Below, piece by piece: positions 28,916 through 38,192 of a stretch of 64,000 nucleotides of DNA (positions within the stretch are counted from its first letter, which is position 1; every line of letters begins with the position of its first letter). The notes beneath the pieces were generated by a model. That model was not told the DNA's origin, did not search any database, and worked only from the letters and a program-made list of their open reading frames with translations. Origin of the DNA: a virus; the IMG/VR virus record IMGVR_UViG_3300045988_011313, positions 1-64,000 of that record; one strand, written 5' to 3'. Position numbers and translations under genes: made by a program.

Positions 28916-31339
28916 TTAATTTTTTTTTTTTTGAGTTGTTTTGTTTATCTGCTTTTCTTTAAGTTTTGCATCAGACCTTGCCTTGTCCTTATCAAACTCC
29001 AACCTCTCTCTATCAAGCTTGATTCTTTCATCAAATTGTCTTATTGATTCCATCAGTTTATCCTTAGCTTCTTGTGAATATTCAGGCTCTACTATACCAT
29101 CGTCTTCACCATTCTTGCTATAGGCTTGCATTTGTGCAATAAGAATCTTTGTCTCATTATCTCTTTGGTTAAGGGCATCTTCCTGTTGCAACTTAGCCTG
29201 TTCCAGTTGAGTCTTCTGTTCTATCTCTTGCTGCTTTACTTGCAACTGTTGTTGCTGTGCTTGGGCTTGCCTCTCTTGAATACTTCTTTCATCCTTTTCA
29301 ACAAGTCTTTGCTTCTCAGCAAGTGAAGATGAACTAAATAACTTCATAATGGTTGAGAATGATAGAGTCTGGTTCTGTAATGCTGCCTGAGCTAAAGTAT
29401 CAAGTTTTGAGTTTAATTCTTGTATTCCATTGCTATTATCCACTACAAGACCATAATCAGCTTCTGCAAATTCATCACCATCTATCTCCATAACTCTCAT
29501 TGAGTTATCTGATAAGATATATTGAAATTTCTTGCTTCTGCCTCTCAATGCTATCTTAGCTGTTTCAAGTAAGCACTCTAATGCCCTCTTCTTGACATCC
29601 TCATGTACTACAAATAGCCACTCTGTAATGTGTGAAGATTGAAGAGTAGCTCTCTCTACTCCGCCTACTGTCTCTCTATTACTTACTTGACCTTCTCTTT
29701 GCTTGGTAATACCAGCAACTTCTGCCATTTCCATCTTGATAAATTCAAGAAGATTAATGTATTGCTGTATCTGATTACCATCAGAAGCTGTAATTACACC
29801 AGTGGAAGCGTTGTTTAATGCACCTGCAAGTTTACCTGTAGCTGCACCTACATTACCTTCATTGAAGCTATCCTCTACTGCAAGACCCATTGTCTTTGCA
29901 TAGTATAACCACTTCTCTACATCCCATCCTTTAGGCTTTTTGGCAAAGTCAAGTCTAACTAATGAACCCCAATTCCTTGCTATCAGTTTATTCAATCTAT
30001 CATGTATTGCATCATACAAGTAATTGTATGGCTTCATCATATCTACTAAACTGAATGGTCTATTGTCATTAAGGTTGTAAATAGAGCCAACAATTCCAAA
30101 GTGACATCTTGAAGGGTTACTTAGTCTATTGTACTGAACTACTCTTGGTCTCATATTGACATAAATGTCTGTACCAATCTTAGTTCCTTCCCATGCTTCA
30201 TTGATGTAGAATATCTGTTCTTCTTCTCCAGCATCCTTATCTATTACATAAGTCTCTGGATAGAAGTTAAACACTTCTTCACCTGTTTGAGGGTCATAAC
30301 TTCTTACCTTCTTAATCTTTCTCCTTGACTTCCAATATACTCTAAGTACTCTCAAATTTCCTGCAACATCATAAGGAAGAAGTGAGTTATTAACTCCATC
30401 ATATCCTCCTAATGGGTCCCAAAAGAATCCCTCTGTACTTACTTCATCTCCTATCATATGATTATTGACAAATCCATATCTCTCATCAATATTATCCATA
30501 GAGTCTGTAGCAGCTTGACCTACATGGTCAGGCATTTTCTCTATATACTCCATGTCTTTCTTTGTCAATACATCATAGTAAGTATCAATAACCTTGCCTG
30601 GACTCCAATAATCTTCAAGGATTATCATATCTGCATCCTCAATCTTATTGCTATATCCTGACTTAAAGATTCTCACCTTGAGTGGATTCAACCTTTCAAT
30701 AGTAGGCTCACCTCCTACAATATCACATTGATAAATCTCTTCACCAACTGCCATTGCATCCATGAATCCCTGATTGAACATTAAAGGAATATTCAACTCC
30801 TTTACATAGTGGTTAAGGAGAGCATTAGCCCTAATTTCCCTCATATCTTGCCACTCATAGCTGTAATAGTCATTTATCTTTTCAAGCTCCTGATTAGCCT
30901 CTTCCTCTGACTGAGAGGTATTAGATACCCACTCTTGTAGCTTCTGTAGTAATTCTTGCTTCTTGTTATTCTCTATCTCTGTAATAGCATTAGGATTAGT
31001 AACTACTACCTTGAAGTCAAAGACTCTCTTACTTTCCTCACCTCTAAGCACATTCAACTTACTATTCATAATAGGATAGTGTTGAATCCTATCAGGTATG
31101 AAATCTGCCTGTAGCTTCTCAGGATTCAGTATCATCTCAAGGTCACTCATGTGGAGTTTGCCATTGAGTAAGTCATAGTTTATTTTCTTATGGATTACAG
31201 ATTTTCTGACTAAACTATAATTGAAGAAGGTCTTACTGTCTGCCCAATCCAAGTGCTTCTTCCTCCAAGCTTTATTTTTCTTACTGAAGGGAAGTTGCTG
31301 TGGAGGCAAATTTATCATTTCATATCCCATATACTTCAA
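28916..31339 (-). CDS. portal protein (807 aa)
   Basis: About 800 aa ORF immediately downstream of TerL with its own promoter motif. Gln-rich C-terminal coiled coil. Order and size are as in crAss-like phages. Confidence 0.65.
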   Translation of the reverse strand: MKYMGYEMINLPPQQLPFSKKNKAWRKKHLDWADSKTFFNYSLVRKSVIHKKINYDLLNGKLHMSDLEMILNPEKLQADFIPDRIQHYPIMNSKLNVLRGEESKRVFDFKVVVTNPNAITEIENNKKQELLQKLQEWVSNTSQSEEEANQELEKINDYYSYEWQDMREIRANALLNHYVKELNIPLMFNQGFMDAMAVGEEIYQCDIVGGEPTIERLNPLKVRIFKSGYSNKIEDADMIILEDYWSPGKVIDTYYDVLTKKDMEYIEKMPDHVGQAATDSMDNIDERYGFVNNHMIGDEVSTEGFFWDPLGGYDGVNNSLLPYDVAGNLRVLRVYWKSRRKIKKVRSYDPQTGEEVFNFYPETYVIDKDAGEEEQIFYINEAWEGTKIGTDIYVNMRPRVVQYNRLSNPSRCHFGIVGSIYNLNDNRPFSLVDMMKPYNYLYDAIHDRLNKLIARNWGSLVRLDFAKKPKGWDVEKWLYYAKTMGLAVEDSFNEGNVGAATGKLAGALNNASTGVITASDGNQIQQYINLLEFIKMEMAEVAGITKQREGQVSNRETVGGVERATLQSSHITEWLFVVHEDVKKRALECLLETAKIALRGRSKKFQYILSDNSMRVMEIDGDEFAEADYGLVVDNSNGIQELNSKLDTLAQAALQNQTLSFSTIMKLFSSSSLAEKQRLVEKDERSIQERQAQAQQQQLQVKQQEIEQKTQLEQAKLQQEDALNQRDNETKILIAQMQAYSKNGEDDGIVEPEYSQEAKDKLMESIRQFDERIKLDRERLEFDKDKARSDAKLKEKQINKTTQKKKN

Positions 31340-31351
31340 TTTAATTACTGT

Positions 31352-31384
31352 GCAAAGGTAAGTAAAATCCTTGACCTATGCAAG
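31352..31384 (-). promoter_or_regulatory. Bacteroidota-type promoter (-33 TTGC / -7 TAccTTTGCA) for the portal operon
   Basis: The reverse complement reads acTTGCataggtcaaggattttactTACCTTTGCAcag. Confidence 0.6.
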
Positions 31385-31428
31385 TATATAAGTAATTTAT
31401 TAATCATTAATCTTCATTTTTACTAAAT

Positions 31429-33729
31429 TTACTGCCTAAACCTAAAATCATAGTTTCTCTTGAAGAATAGGTCATTACCATCATAATTGTTATTGGCTCT
31501 CTCTTGCTTCTCCTTACTAACATCCCCTTGGTACCTTATCATTCTATCTTCCCTTAGAAGCATCAGCATGCCCATAGCAGATATTCTATCGAAGTTACCT
31601 TCAGAGTTGTAATTAATAAGCTCTTTTAGCAGTGCCCTGTTCCTTACAGTAAAAAGTCTTGGAACCATTACTTCTTTCTCTTCTCCGTCAATAGTCTGTA
31701 TAATAGGAACTGGAGCCAATAGCCAGCTTCTCAATCTACTCCTTGCATAAGCATTAATGGCAGGAGAGGCATTAGTACCTTTTGACTTGTTACCATAGCC
31801 ATCCTTCATCATCTGCTTTTCCTTTAAGAAATCAAGAACATCTGTAAGGAGATAAAGACTATTTCTTGTCGAGAAGTGAGAGAATAAACCCTTCTTATTA
31901 TACTCATAATTCAACCTACCATTGTAGAATAAACAAAGTTTTCTACAAATCTCATAGTAATCATCAGCAAAAGATGGTCTTCCAGTATATTCAGCCACTA
32001 TCCTATCTGTCCATAAATCCAATACAAATATAGAACCCAAAGACATAGTATTTGACTCATCATCATCATAAGGGTCAGCACCTAATATGTACCTGTCATT
32101 ATATGGTTTACCTGTATTCTTATCAATCTCAGGCATTTGGTATAACTCAATAGCACCCTCTATCTTATTATCCTTATGTGGAAAATCCCTGATAGGTGTA
32201 GCAGAGGTAGGTTTATACTCTACCTGACCCTCTTTATTGAATACCAAATCACCTACATATACATCATCATACTCTGTAGGATTAGCATCCAATTGACCTA
32301 TTCTCTCAGTCAAGTCAGCTACAGGGAACATATTTACACCTGTCTTAACAATAGCCTCAGCAGGAGTAATAGGAACCTCAGCAATGGTCTTAATGATAGT
32401 ATTAGGGTCAGTAGAATTATACTTTACTCTGTACCTATTCATAAGAATCTCAATAAGAGCCTTAATCACATCAGATACACCATTCTCATTATAGCATCCC
32501 TTTCTATTTACATAGCCAGGAAAGAAGAATACAAAGTAAGGTTTACCTTGGTTATACTTATCAAATACATTAGGCAAGGCATACATATTATAACCTTTCG
32601 GATTATACATAATTTCCTGAGCACCAGCAAAGTCTGATTCATTATCACCAGCAGTACCTAACATATAGATTTGACCAAAGACAATATCACCTTCTTGTAC
32701 TGAGGGCAACAATACATTATATAGGTCCACAAGTCTTGGAAATGTACCAAACTCCTCAATAAGAATCTTAGCAGCTCTCTTACCTCTCAACTTAGACTCA
32801 TCATCCTTAGATGATACTCCGAGTACTGTATTTTGAGTACCTCTTTCAATATCAAGGTCTACATCCTTATATCCCATTATCCAAGTCATTTCTTGCAAAG
32901 AGTTCTTTAATCTCTTTCTTGGAAACTGGGTATTGGTTGCACAGAAGTTAGCCATATCCACAAACTTATTAAGAACACCATCCTTAGTAAGGTACTCCTT
33001 CTGATAGGCAGTTACTATACCCTTTACCTTCTCATGTGCTTCCTCATTCTCACCTACTACAAAGATGTGGTTAAGTATGGATGCAAGACTATATGACTTA
33101 CCTTTACCTCTGGAAGCAAGCTCAGCCATGTGCTGACCTCCCTCAAAGTTATTATACAAGCCACCATTTGATGCTTGGTCTAAGCAATGAAATCTCCAAT
33201 AGATTCCTTCCCAACATTCAGGAAGTGCCTCTATTCTATCAGCTCTTTTAGACTTTCTCTTCTTGCCATTCTTATCCTTATACTCTCTAATCTTAGAGAG
33301 CATCATAGGAGAATAGTTAAGGAACCAATACATATAGCCTGTAACCCATTCTCCATCACTTTCCCTCACATAACCATCCCAGATTCTTCTCCTTTCCTCT
33401 CTTACCCACTTACCATATTCACTATTAGGATTGGCATTAGGTCTAAGGTTAGTAAATGTACCATACTTCTCATAATGTATAGCAGATGGTCTGAAATAGT
33501 CCATATCCTCCAATATATGAGGATTAGCCAAGTCCACAATGATTCTACCTCTATCATCTCTTGGTCTATCCTTGGCATGCTCTCTTGTAGGGCTTATCAA
33601 TCTCTTGACAAACTCTACATTATTTATAATATCAAATAACTGGTCCTGAACTTCCTGAGGAAGGGTATTAACCAATTCCTCAGTTAGCTCAGTTTGATAT
33701 TTATTCATTGGTATCTTTTGAAACTCCAT
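31429..33729 (-). CDS. terL: terminase large subunit (766 aa)
   Basis: Walker A-like SRGKGKSYSLAS, Walker B-like AAKILIEEFG, and C-terminal nuclease-type acidic motif ILGADPYDDDES. Confidence 0.8.
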   Translation of the reverse strand: MEFQKIPMNKYQTELTEELVNTLPQEVQDQLFDIINNVEFVKRLISPTREHAKDRPRDDRGRIIVDLANPHILEDMDYFRPSAIHYEKYGTFTNLRPNANPNSEYGKWVREERRRIWDGYVRESDGEWVTGYMYWFLNYSPMMLSKIREYKDKNGKKRKSKRADRIEALPECWEGIYWRFHCLDQASNGGLYNNFEGGQHMAELASRGKGKSYSLASILNHIFVVGENEEAHEKVKGIVTAYQKEYLTKDGVLNKFVDMANFCATNTQFPRKRLKNSLQEMTWIMGYKDVDLDIERGTQNTVLGVSSKDDESKLRGKRAAKILIEEFGTFPRLVDLYNVLLPSVQEGDIVFGQIYMLGTAGDNESDFAGAQEIMYNPKGYNMYALPNVFDKYNQGKPYFVFFFPGYVNRKGCYNENGVSDVIKALIEILMNRYRVKYNSTDPNTIIKTIAEVPITPAEAIVKTGVNMFPVADLTERIGQLDANPTEYDDVYVGDLVFNKEGQVEYKPTSATPIRDFPHKDNKIEGAIELYQMPEIDKNTGKPYNDRYILGADPYDDDESNTMSLGSIFVLDLWTDRIVAEYTGRPSFADDYYEICRKLCLFYNGRLNYEYNKKGLFSHFSTRNSLYLLTDVLDFLKEKQMMKDGYGNKSKGTNASPAINAYARSRLRSWLLAPVPIIQTIDGEEKEVMVPRLFTVRNRALLKELINYNSEGNFDRISAMGMLMLLREDRMIRYQGDVSKEKQERANNNYDGNDLFFKRNYDFRFRQ

Positions 33730-34054
33730 TATATTCTCCCTTTATAACTGCTTCATAAGAATAAGAGCCTATCCAATTGAATATTAGTGTACTTAACCTA
33801 ATATTCATCTCTCTTAACATATTCTCTTCCTGACCATCAGGAACCTTAGCAGTATGTTGTACTGCTATTACTCTATAAGATTTACCTTTTTTAGTGAACC
33901 AAAGAGTGTACTTGTAAATCTTATAAACCTTGAATGAGGAATGAGGTATGATTTCTCTCTGTAATACTATGTGCCCTGCATTTTCAATTCCCCTTTCACT
34001 TCTCCTTGTCTCAATGTATTTATTAAGACCTTCTATAATATCTTCTGCTTTCAT
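33701..34054 (-). CDS. hypothetical protein (117 aa), small-terminase candidate by position only
   Basis: ORF overlapping the TerL start by 29 nt. Confidence 0.3.
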   Translation of the reverse strand: MKAEDIIEGLNKYIETRRSERGIENAGHIVLQREIIPHSSFKVYKIYKYTLWFTKKGKSYRVIAVQHTAKVPDGQEENMLREMNIRLSTLIFNWIGSYSYEAVIKGEYNGVSKDTNE

Positions 34055-34056
34055 AG

Positions 34057-34596
34057 TTATAGTGTCAAGTCATCTTCAAATATAGTCTTTTCTCCCTGTC
34101 CTCTCATCCTACCTGACTCTCTCATTTCAGAGTTAAGTGCCTTTTCAGCCTCATTGAGGTCTTTCACAAGAGAAGGTATTTGCTTAATGAGGGCACCTGC
34201 TTCTTTCAAGTCCTTAATTTCAAGTTCATCAAACTCTTGGGCTTTTAATCTTTTCCTATACTTATCAACCATAAACCTTGTGTCTTCAAGGAGTAAAGCT
34301 GAGATTGGCTTAAAGGACTTATAAAATTCCATTGCCCCTGTTACTATTCTGTCTGGTTCCCATTTAGGAGGTAATCCCTCTCCCTCTTTAATAGCTTCCA
34401 TTCTTTCCTTGTCATCTACAAGGTACTGATAGTCACTTCTTGGGTCGCAGAAAAAATAAATAAACCCAAGTTCCATAATAGCCTTATCCTTATTAACAGT
34501 CTTATCTCTTTGCCATATTTGTCTGAAAGGTTTAAGAGCAAAGGCTTCCTCAGATATTACTACTTTGTAACCTTCATATTTGAACAATTTTATCAT
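34057..34596 (-). CDS. hypothetical protein (179 aa)
   Basis: ORF on the coding strand 2 nt upstream of the next gene. Confidence 0.45.
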   Translation of the reverse strand: MIKLFKYEGYKVVISEEAFALKPFRQIWQRDKTVNKDKAIMELGFIYFFCDPRSDYQYLVDDKERMEAIKEGEGLPPKWEPDRIVTGAMEFYKSFKPISALLLEDTRFMVDKYRKRLKAQEFDELEIKDLKEAGALIKQIPSLVKDLNEAEKALNSEMRESGRMRGQGEKTIFEDDLTL

Positions 34597-34603
34597 AATC
34601 TAA

Positions 34604-34647
34604 GAAAAAAAAAGAGTGTATCAAGATTAGTTTTCCTGATACACTCT
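34604..34647 (-). terminator. strong rho-independent terminator after the GroES-like gene
   Basis: Minus-sense hairpin agagtgtatca-N13-tgatacactct followed by a T9 run. Confidence 0.7.
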
Positions 34648-34653
34648 TTTGAG

Positions 34654-35079
34654 TTATATAATTAGTTTCTTCTTCTCTGGTTGAATGATTGGTGAAGGAG
34701 TTGGGTCAGGAACTTCCTCATACTCTTCAATAATGAAGTCAATATCCCTATCTTGTAACAATAAGCACTGCTTTCCATCCATCTCAACAACATCAAAGTT
34801 GTAAGTTATGATAGGGTTATCAGTGATTACTCCATCCTTTAGAGAACCTTCTCTGTGTTTCTTTACACCAAATCTTGTAGGATTAACCCATACCAAGTCA
34901 CCAACTTTAATGTCTCTAACAGAGCTGCCCACTGCAAGTACCCTCTGATATTCCTTCAAGCTGCCTTCTCTCTTAGTCACATCAATAAGACCTGCTCCTA
35001 CCATCATATCATGGTCATACTTATCCATTGTAGTGATAAGTGCAGTGAACATTGGCTTTATCTTTTTTACTTTTAACAT
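34654..35079 (-). CDS. GroES/gp31-like co-chaperonin (141 aa)
   Basis: By-eye alignment to Cpn10: IKPMFTALITT ~ IRPLHDRVIVK; VLAVGSSVRDIKVGDLVWV ~ VLAVG...VKVGDIVIF; C-terminal LLLQDRDIDFIIE. Confidence 0.5.
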   Translation of the reverse strand: MLKVKKIKPMFTALITTMDKYDHDMMVGAGLIDVTKREGSLKEYQRVLAVGSSVRDIKVGDLVWVNPTRFGVKKHREGSLKDGVITDNPIITYNFDVVEMDGKQCLLLQDRDIDFIIEEYEEVPDPTPSPIIQPEKKKLII

Positions 35080-35345
35080 TTCTTCTCCCTTATCTGTTTA
35101 ATAAACTTGAGTCTCTTTTTCATACCTAACATCCTATCATAAGTGCAAGTCAATTTACCCAGTGATGGAATGTTGAAATTTGTTCTTAACTTAGCAAAAT
35201 CCTCTTCATTAAGATTCTCCTTTAATGGCAAGGACTGTATGGATTGGTTAATGAATAACCAAAATGCCTTATATGTCTTATCTACCACTTCTTTAGGTAA
35301 ATTCAACTCTTCAGAAACCTTACCAATTATATCAGGATAATTCAT
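35073..35345 (-). CDS. hypothetical small protein (90 aa)
   Basis: ORF on the coding strand overlapping its neighbours by 4-7 nt. Confidence 0.45.
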   Translation of the reverse strand: MNYPDIIGKVSEELNLPKEVVDKTYKAFWLFINQSIQSLPLKENLNEEDFAKLRTNFNIPSLGKLTCTYDRMLGMKKRLKFIKQIREKKC

Positions 35346-35722
35346 TTCAATTCAAAAAGTAACAATAGTTGGAAAGTGCCAGTTTCCTCATCAATGTTAG
35401 GAATAAACCTTGGATTAATCTTGCCATCAATGATAACCTTATTCTTCCTTAGCTTGCCCATAATTACTTGAAAGTGTGGGAGAGTGATATTACACTCTTC
35501 CCTTACTTTCTTCTTTGTATCTTCACTCATTGTAACCTTATCAAGTATCTCATTGTCCTTGATAACTTTACTGAGTTCATATCTCTGCTTAACAAAGGAT
35601 GTAATTACATCAATCTCTCTATCAGTTAGCTTATGAAAAGGCTCTAAAAATTTGAACCAATACCTGAAGAAGCTTCCACTCAAAGAACATGGTACTCTAA
35701 CTATATTATTAGGCTTCTTCAT
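35342..35722 (-). CDS. putative DNA-binding/transcription regulator (126 aa)
   Basis: LTDREIDVITSFV (LuxR/sigma region-4-like) and ITLPHFQVIMGKLRKNKVI (winged-helix-like). Judged by eye only. Confidence 0.3.
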   Translation of the reverse strand: MKKPNNIVRVPCSLSGSFFRYWFKFLEPFHKLTDREIDVITSFVKQRYELSKVIKDNEILDKVTMSEDTKKKVREECNITLPHFQVIMGKLRKNKVIIDGKINPRFIPNIDEETGTFQLLLLFELK

Positions 35723-35733
35723 ATATGACTATA

Positions 35734-36066
35734 CTAATCTTCAGTTTTAATATCTGGTGTTTCCCTTTCCTTGTTATCTTCCTCAGCCTCTTCAGGGACT
35801 GTCATAATTTCCTCAATCTCAGCAATACACTTTTCAAGGAAGTCCTGCTTAAACATATGTCCATTCTCTACTACCTTAAACAAGTAGTCAAGTCTCTTGA
35901 ACATATTACTCATATTAGCAGCCTGTAACTTCATATACAACTGCTTAGCCTGCTCACTAAGCTGATGGGCTATGTTCTCTAACTGCTCATAAGACATCTT
36001 CTCAGGTCTCTCTGCTTCCTTTGTTACTGGTTGCATCTCTGCAACCTTTTTCTTTTGCTCTTCCAT
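35734..36066 (-). CDS. hypothetical acidic coiled-coil protein (110 aa)
   Basis: ORF on the coding strand. Confidence 0.45.
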   Translation of the reverse strand: MEEQKKKVAEMQPVTKEAERPEKMSYEQLENIAHQLSEQAKQLYMKLQAANMSNMFKRLDYLFKVVENGHMFKQDFLEKCIAEIEEIMTVPEEAEEDNKERETPDIKTED

Positions 36067-36086
36067 TTTACTTTATAATTAAGTTA

Positions 36087-36308
36087 TTAATACTCTTCGA
36101 GGTATCTATGCCCATATCTATTCTTGTAGAGGGTCTCCCATTCCTCTATTGAACATTCTCCTATATCAGTGGAGCCACACTTATCACAGTAATCTGAATC
36201 CTCCATTCTTGGAATGTTCCTAATATTCAATGATAGGCAATGCTTGCAGTATAATACTGGCACCTCATTGTAATCATTAGGCTGATTTTCTGTGTTTAAG
36301 TTGCTCAT
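36087..36308 (-). CDS. zinc-ribbon protein (73 aa)
   Basis: CKHC...(20 aa)...CDKC, a four-Cys pattern. Confidence 0.5.
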   Translation of the reverse strand: MSNLNTENQPNDYNEVPVLYCKHCLSLNIRNIPRMEDSDYCDKCGSTDIGECSIEEWETLYKNRYGHRYLEEY

Positions 36309-36579
36309 AAATCATCTTCTTTCTGTCATTCAGACTATTTTTACCATGCTTAGCATTGTTAAAAGGTCTCTTAGGATAAATAAATCCATCAAGAGATATA
36401 TGACCTCTTCTGATTGCTCTCCCTACAGACTTAAACTTGCTTACTGCTTCGTAAGTTCTTAGGTGAAGAATACCTCTTTCATAGAAATCTCCTACAGTAT
36501 CTACTCTATTCTTCTTTATGTAATCCTTGAACTCCTCTTCACTCATCAAGGGTCTTTCTATTGTCTTCTGCTCTTCCAT
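36277..36579 (-). CDS. hypothetical basic protein (100 aa)
   Basis: ORF on the coding strand overlapping the next gene by 32 nt. Confidence 0.4.
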   Translation of the reverse strand: MEEQKTIERPLMSEEEFKDYIKKNRVDTVGDFYERGILHLRTYEAVSKFKSVGRAIRRGHISLDGFIYPKRPFNNAKHGKNSLNDRKKMIYEQLKHRKSA

Positions 36580-36591
36580 TTTTATAATGTT

Positions 36592-36789
36592 TTATTTAAA
36601 GTAGATTAATACAAACTGACCATTTTCTTTAAGTAGAGAAACTATATCCTCCCTCTTAATCCCTTCCTCACTGGCTGACCTTACAATACCCCTGATTGTA
36701 GTATCAGTTAATGCAGTCATAATTTGATGAACCTCTGAACCATTGGTCTTTTTGGTTCTTGTCATCTTTGTCTTTTCTATCTCTTCCAT
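36592..36789 (-). CDS. hypothetical small protein (65 aa); start trimmed to Met42 of the track ORF
   Basis: The track ORF 36592..36912 begins at a GTG inside tRNA-Gly(TCC) and runs through tRNA-Met(CAT). The first ATG downstream of the tRNAs is at 36789 (MEEIEKTKM...). Confidence 0.45.
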   Translation of the reverse strand: MEEIEKTKMTRTKKTNGSEVHQIMTALTDTTIRGIVRSASEEGIKREDIVSLLKENGQFVLIYFK

Positions 36790-36803
36790 ATTACCTAAAT
36801 TAG

Positions 36804-36876
36804 TTGCGGGGGAGAGACTCGAACTCTCAACCTCAAGGTTATGAGCCTTGCTAGCTACCATTGCTATCACCCCACG
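36804..36876 (-). tRNA. tRNA-Met(CAT), initiator-like
   Basis: RNA sense CGTGGGG...CTCATAA...GAGAG-TTCGAGT-CTCTC-CCCCGCA-A. It has the C1xA72 mismatch and the CGyGGGG/CCCCGCAA ends of bacterial tRNA-fMet. Confidence 0.75.
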
Positions 36877-36887
36877 ATGTATATTTG

Positions 36888-36959
36888 AGCAGATAGTGGG
36901 AATCGAACCCACACATTAACATTGGAAGTGTTACATACTAACCTTTATACTATACCTGC
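36888..36959 (-). tRNA. tRNA-Gly(TCC)
   Basis: Hand-folded cloverleaf: acceptor GCAGGTA/TATCTGC, anticodon loop CTTCCAA, T-arm GTGGG-TTCGATT-CCCAC. Confidence 0.8.
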
Positions 36960-36964
36960 ATTTG

Positions 36965-37037
36965 AGTAGATAATCAGACTTGAACTGACCCCTTGACATT
37001 GGCAATGTCATATGCTAACCACTAACACCATACCTAC
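36965..37037 (-). tRNA. tRNA-Gly(GCC)
   Basis: Acceptor GTAGGTA/TATCTAC, anticodon loop TTGCCAA, T-loop TTCAAGT. Confidence 0.8.
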
Positions 37038-37044
37038 ATTATAG

Positions 37045-37118
37045 AGCCTCCTGAAGGATTTGAACCCTCTCTTCCTGTTTACAAGACAGGCTTGCTAAAC
37101 CATTAACACTAAGGAGGC
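37045..37118 (-). tRNA. tRNA-Thr(TGT)
   Basis: Acceptor GCCTCCT/AGGAGGC, anticodon loop CTTGTAA, T-loop TTCAAAT. Confidence 0.8.
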
Positions 37119-37122
37119 ATTG

Positions 37123-37206
37123 TAGTCTAAGAGGGATTTGAACCCTCAATCCCTAAAGGGCGAGGGATTTTAAGTCCCTTGTGTATTCCAGTTCCACCAT
37201 TAGACC
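37123..37206 (-). tRNA. tRNA-Leu(TAA), type II (long variable arm)
   Basis: 84 nt. Anticodon loop CTTAAAA, variable stem CCC/GGG, T-arm GAGGG-TTCAAAT-CCCTC. Its 5' end overlaps the last codons of the HNH gene. Confidence 0.8.
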
Positions 37207-37667
37207 ATTTTATTTTTCCCTCTGTAATTGTCTGTCAGAGCATGACAATTAGGACATAAGAGCTGTAAATTACCTATTTCATTATTACTATTATTACCAT
37301 CTTTGTGATGCAGCTCTAAAGGTATCTTTTGTCCTTGCCATTCAGACAACCCACATCTCTCACATCTATATTCTTTTATATTTTCTGAAAGTAATCTTCT
37401 CTTTAGATTGTTTGAGTTATATCTTGAAGGATTTACAAGAATCCTACTAAGAGGGAATTTCTTAACTACTGGAGAATATCTTTCACCAGAGTTCCATCCC
37501 TGACCTGTAAAGTGGGAAGTATCTATATTGTATAAATCAATTGCTTGATGTATAGTTCTGTAATTCCCTCCTACAGGCTTTATATGCAGGTATCTACATA
37601 CTTGTGCTATACTAAGACTGTTTCTTATAGCCTCTTCATATACTTCTCTACTTCTCAGTTTTGTCAT
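37200..37667 (-). CDS. HNH homing-type endonuclease (155 aa)
   Basis: CERCG...LELHHKDGNNSNNEIGNLQLLCPNCH is a classic HNH motif. Inserted inside the tRNA array. Confidence 0.8.
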   Translation of the reverse strand: MTKLRSREVYEEAIRNSLSIAQVCRYLHIKPVGGNYRTIHQAIDLYNIDTSHFTGQGWNSGERYSPVVKKFPLSRILVNPSRYNSNNLKRRLLSENIKEYRCERCGLSEWQGQKIPLELHHKDGNNSNNEIGNLQLLCPNCHALTDNYRGKNKMV

Positions 37668-38113
37668 TAGTAAGGTCTTATATCACATAAGTGGAATAAG
37701 TAGTCATACTTATTGATATTCTGAATAAAGGTCTCACATTCAGATGTTATACCTTTATATATGGTCTCTTGAGGAATCTTATCATAGAATGCAATAGTAG
37801 CAGACTTAACTTCACTTATAAAGTCAAAAGCATTCAGTGCATCACTTGGAGTTCCTTTGATTACATTAGGTTGCATCTTACCAAGTATTCCCATATACCC
37901 TTCTGCAAGCCCATCCTGATAATCTGACAATATATCAAGGAACTCATCAAGATATACATGGATATTCTTCTTAGGTGCTGCCCAATGCAGATTCTTACAC
38001 TTAGTCTTCCAACCTTCAAGCTGATTTAAGAAGTTGATAAAGAGCTGAGAACCAGACACTTCAGTACTTCTGCTTGATTCCATTGGGGTAAATAGATTAT
38101 CTTCTCCAAACAT
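37667..38113 (-). CDS. Dps/ferritin-like four-helix-bundle protein (148 aa)
   Basis: KNLHWAAPKKNIHVYLDEFLDILSDYQDGLAEGYMGILG resembles the Dps signature (N.HW.V.G..F..LH..(L/F)(D/E)E......D..AER...LG). Confidence 0.45.
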   Translation of the reverse strand: MFGEDNLFTPMESSRSTEVSGSQLFINFLNQLEGWKTKCKNLHWAAPKKNIHVYLDEFLDILSDYQDGLAEGYMGILGKMQPNVIKGTPSDALNAFDFISEVKSATIAFYDKIPQETIYKGITSECETFIQNINKYDYLFHLCDIRPY

Positions 38114-38132
38114 ATTCTCTTATTTTGATGGT

Positions 38133-38165
38133 GCAAAGATAAGTATTTTAATTGAAATATGCAAG
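38133..38165 (-). promoter_or_regulatory. Bacteroidota-type promoter (-33 TTGC / -7 TAtcTTTGCA) inside the tRNA region
   Basis: The reverse complement reads acTTGCatatttcaattaaaatactTATCTTTGCAcc, upstream of 37667..38113. Confidence 0.6.
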
Positions 38166-38192
38166 TAAAATACTATATTTTTTTTTTATTTT

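Noticed and set aside
28920-28932. T13 run (A13 on the coding strand) in the last codons of the portal gene, as a possible slippery site or programmed frameshift.
   Set aside because: All three frames hit a stop within a few codons after the tract, so slippage cannot yield an extended product. It encodes the terminal ...KKKKN.
577-35928. Many 60-150 aa plus-strand ORFs across the late module (e.g. 577..933, 4350..4703, 16906..17349, 18685..18993, 26137..26508, 32176..32637, 33187..33639, 33971..34324).
   Set aside because: All lie inside long minus-strand genes that form a continuous, tightly spaced operon. Their products are low-complexity (Ser/Leu/Ile/Phe/Cys/Pro). No independent signals support them.
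36592-36912. N-terminal extensions of track ORFs 36592..36912 and 39372..39650, starting at GTG (MGSIPT.../MGSNPT...).
   Set aside because: The extensions are simply the reverse-complement reading of tRNA T-arms (GGTTCGAATCCC gives G-S-N/I-P). The starts were moved to the first ATG downstream of the tRNA genes.
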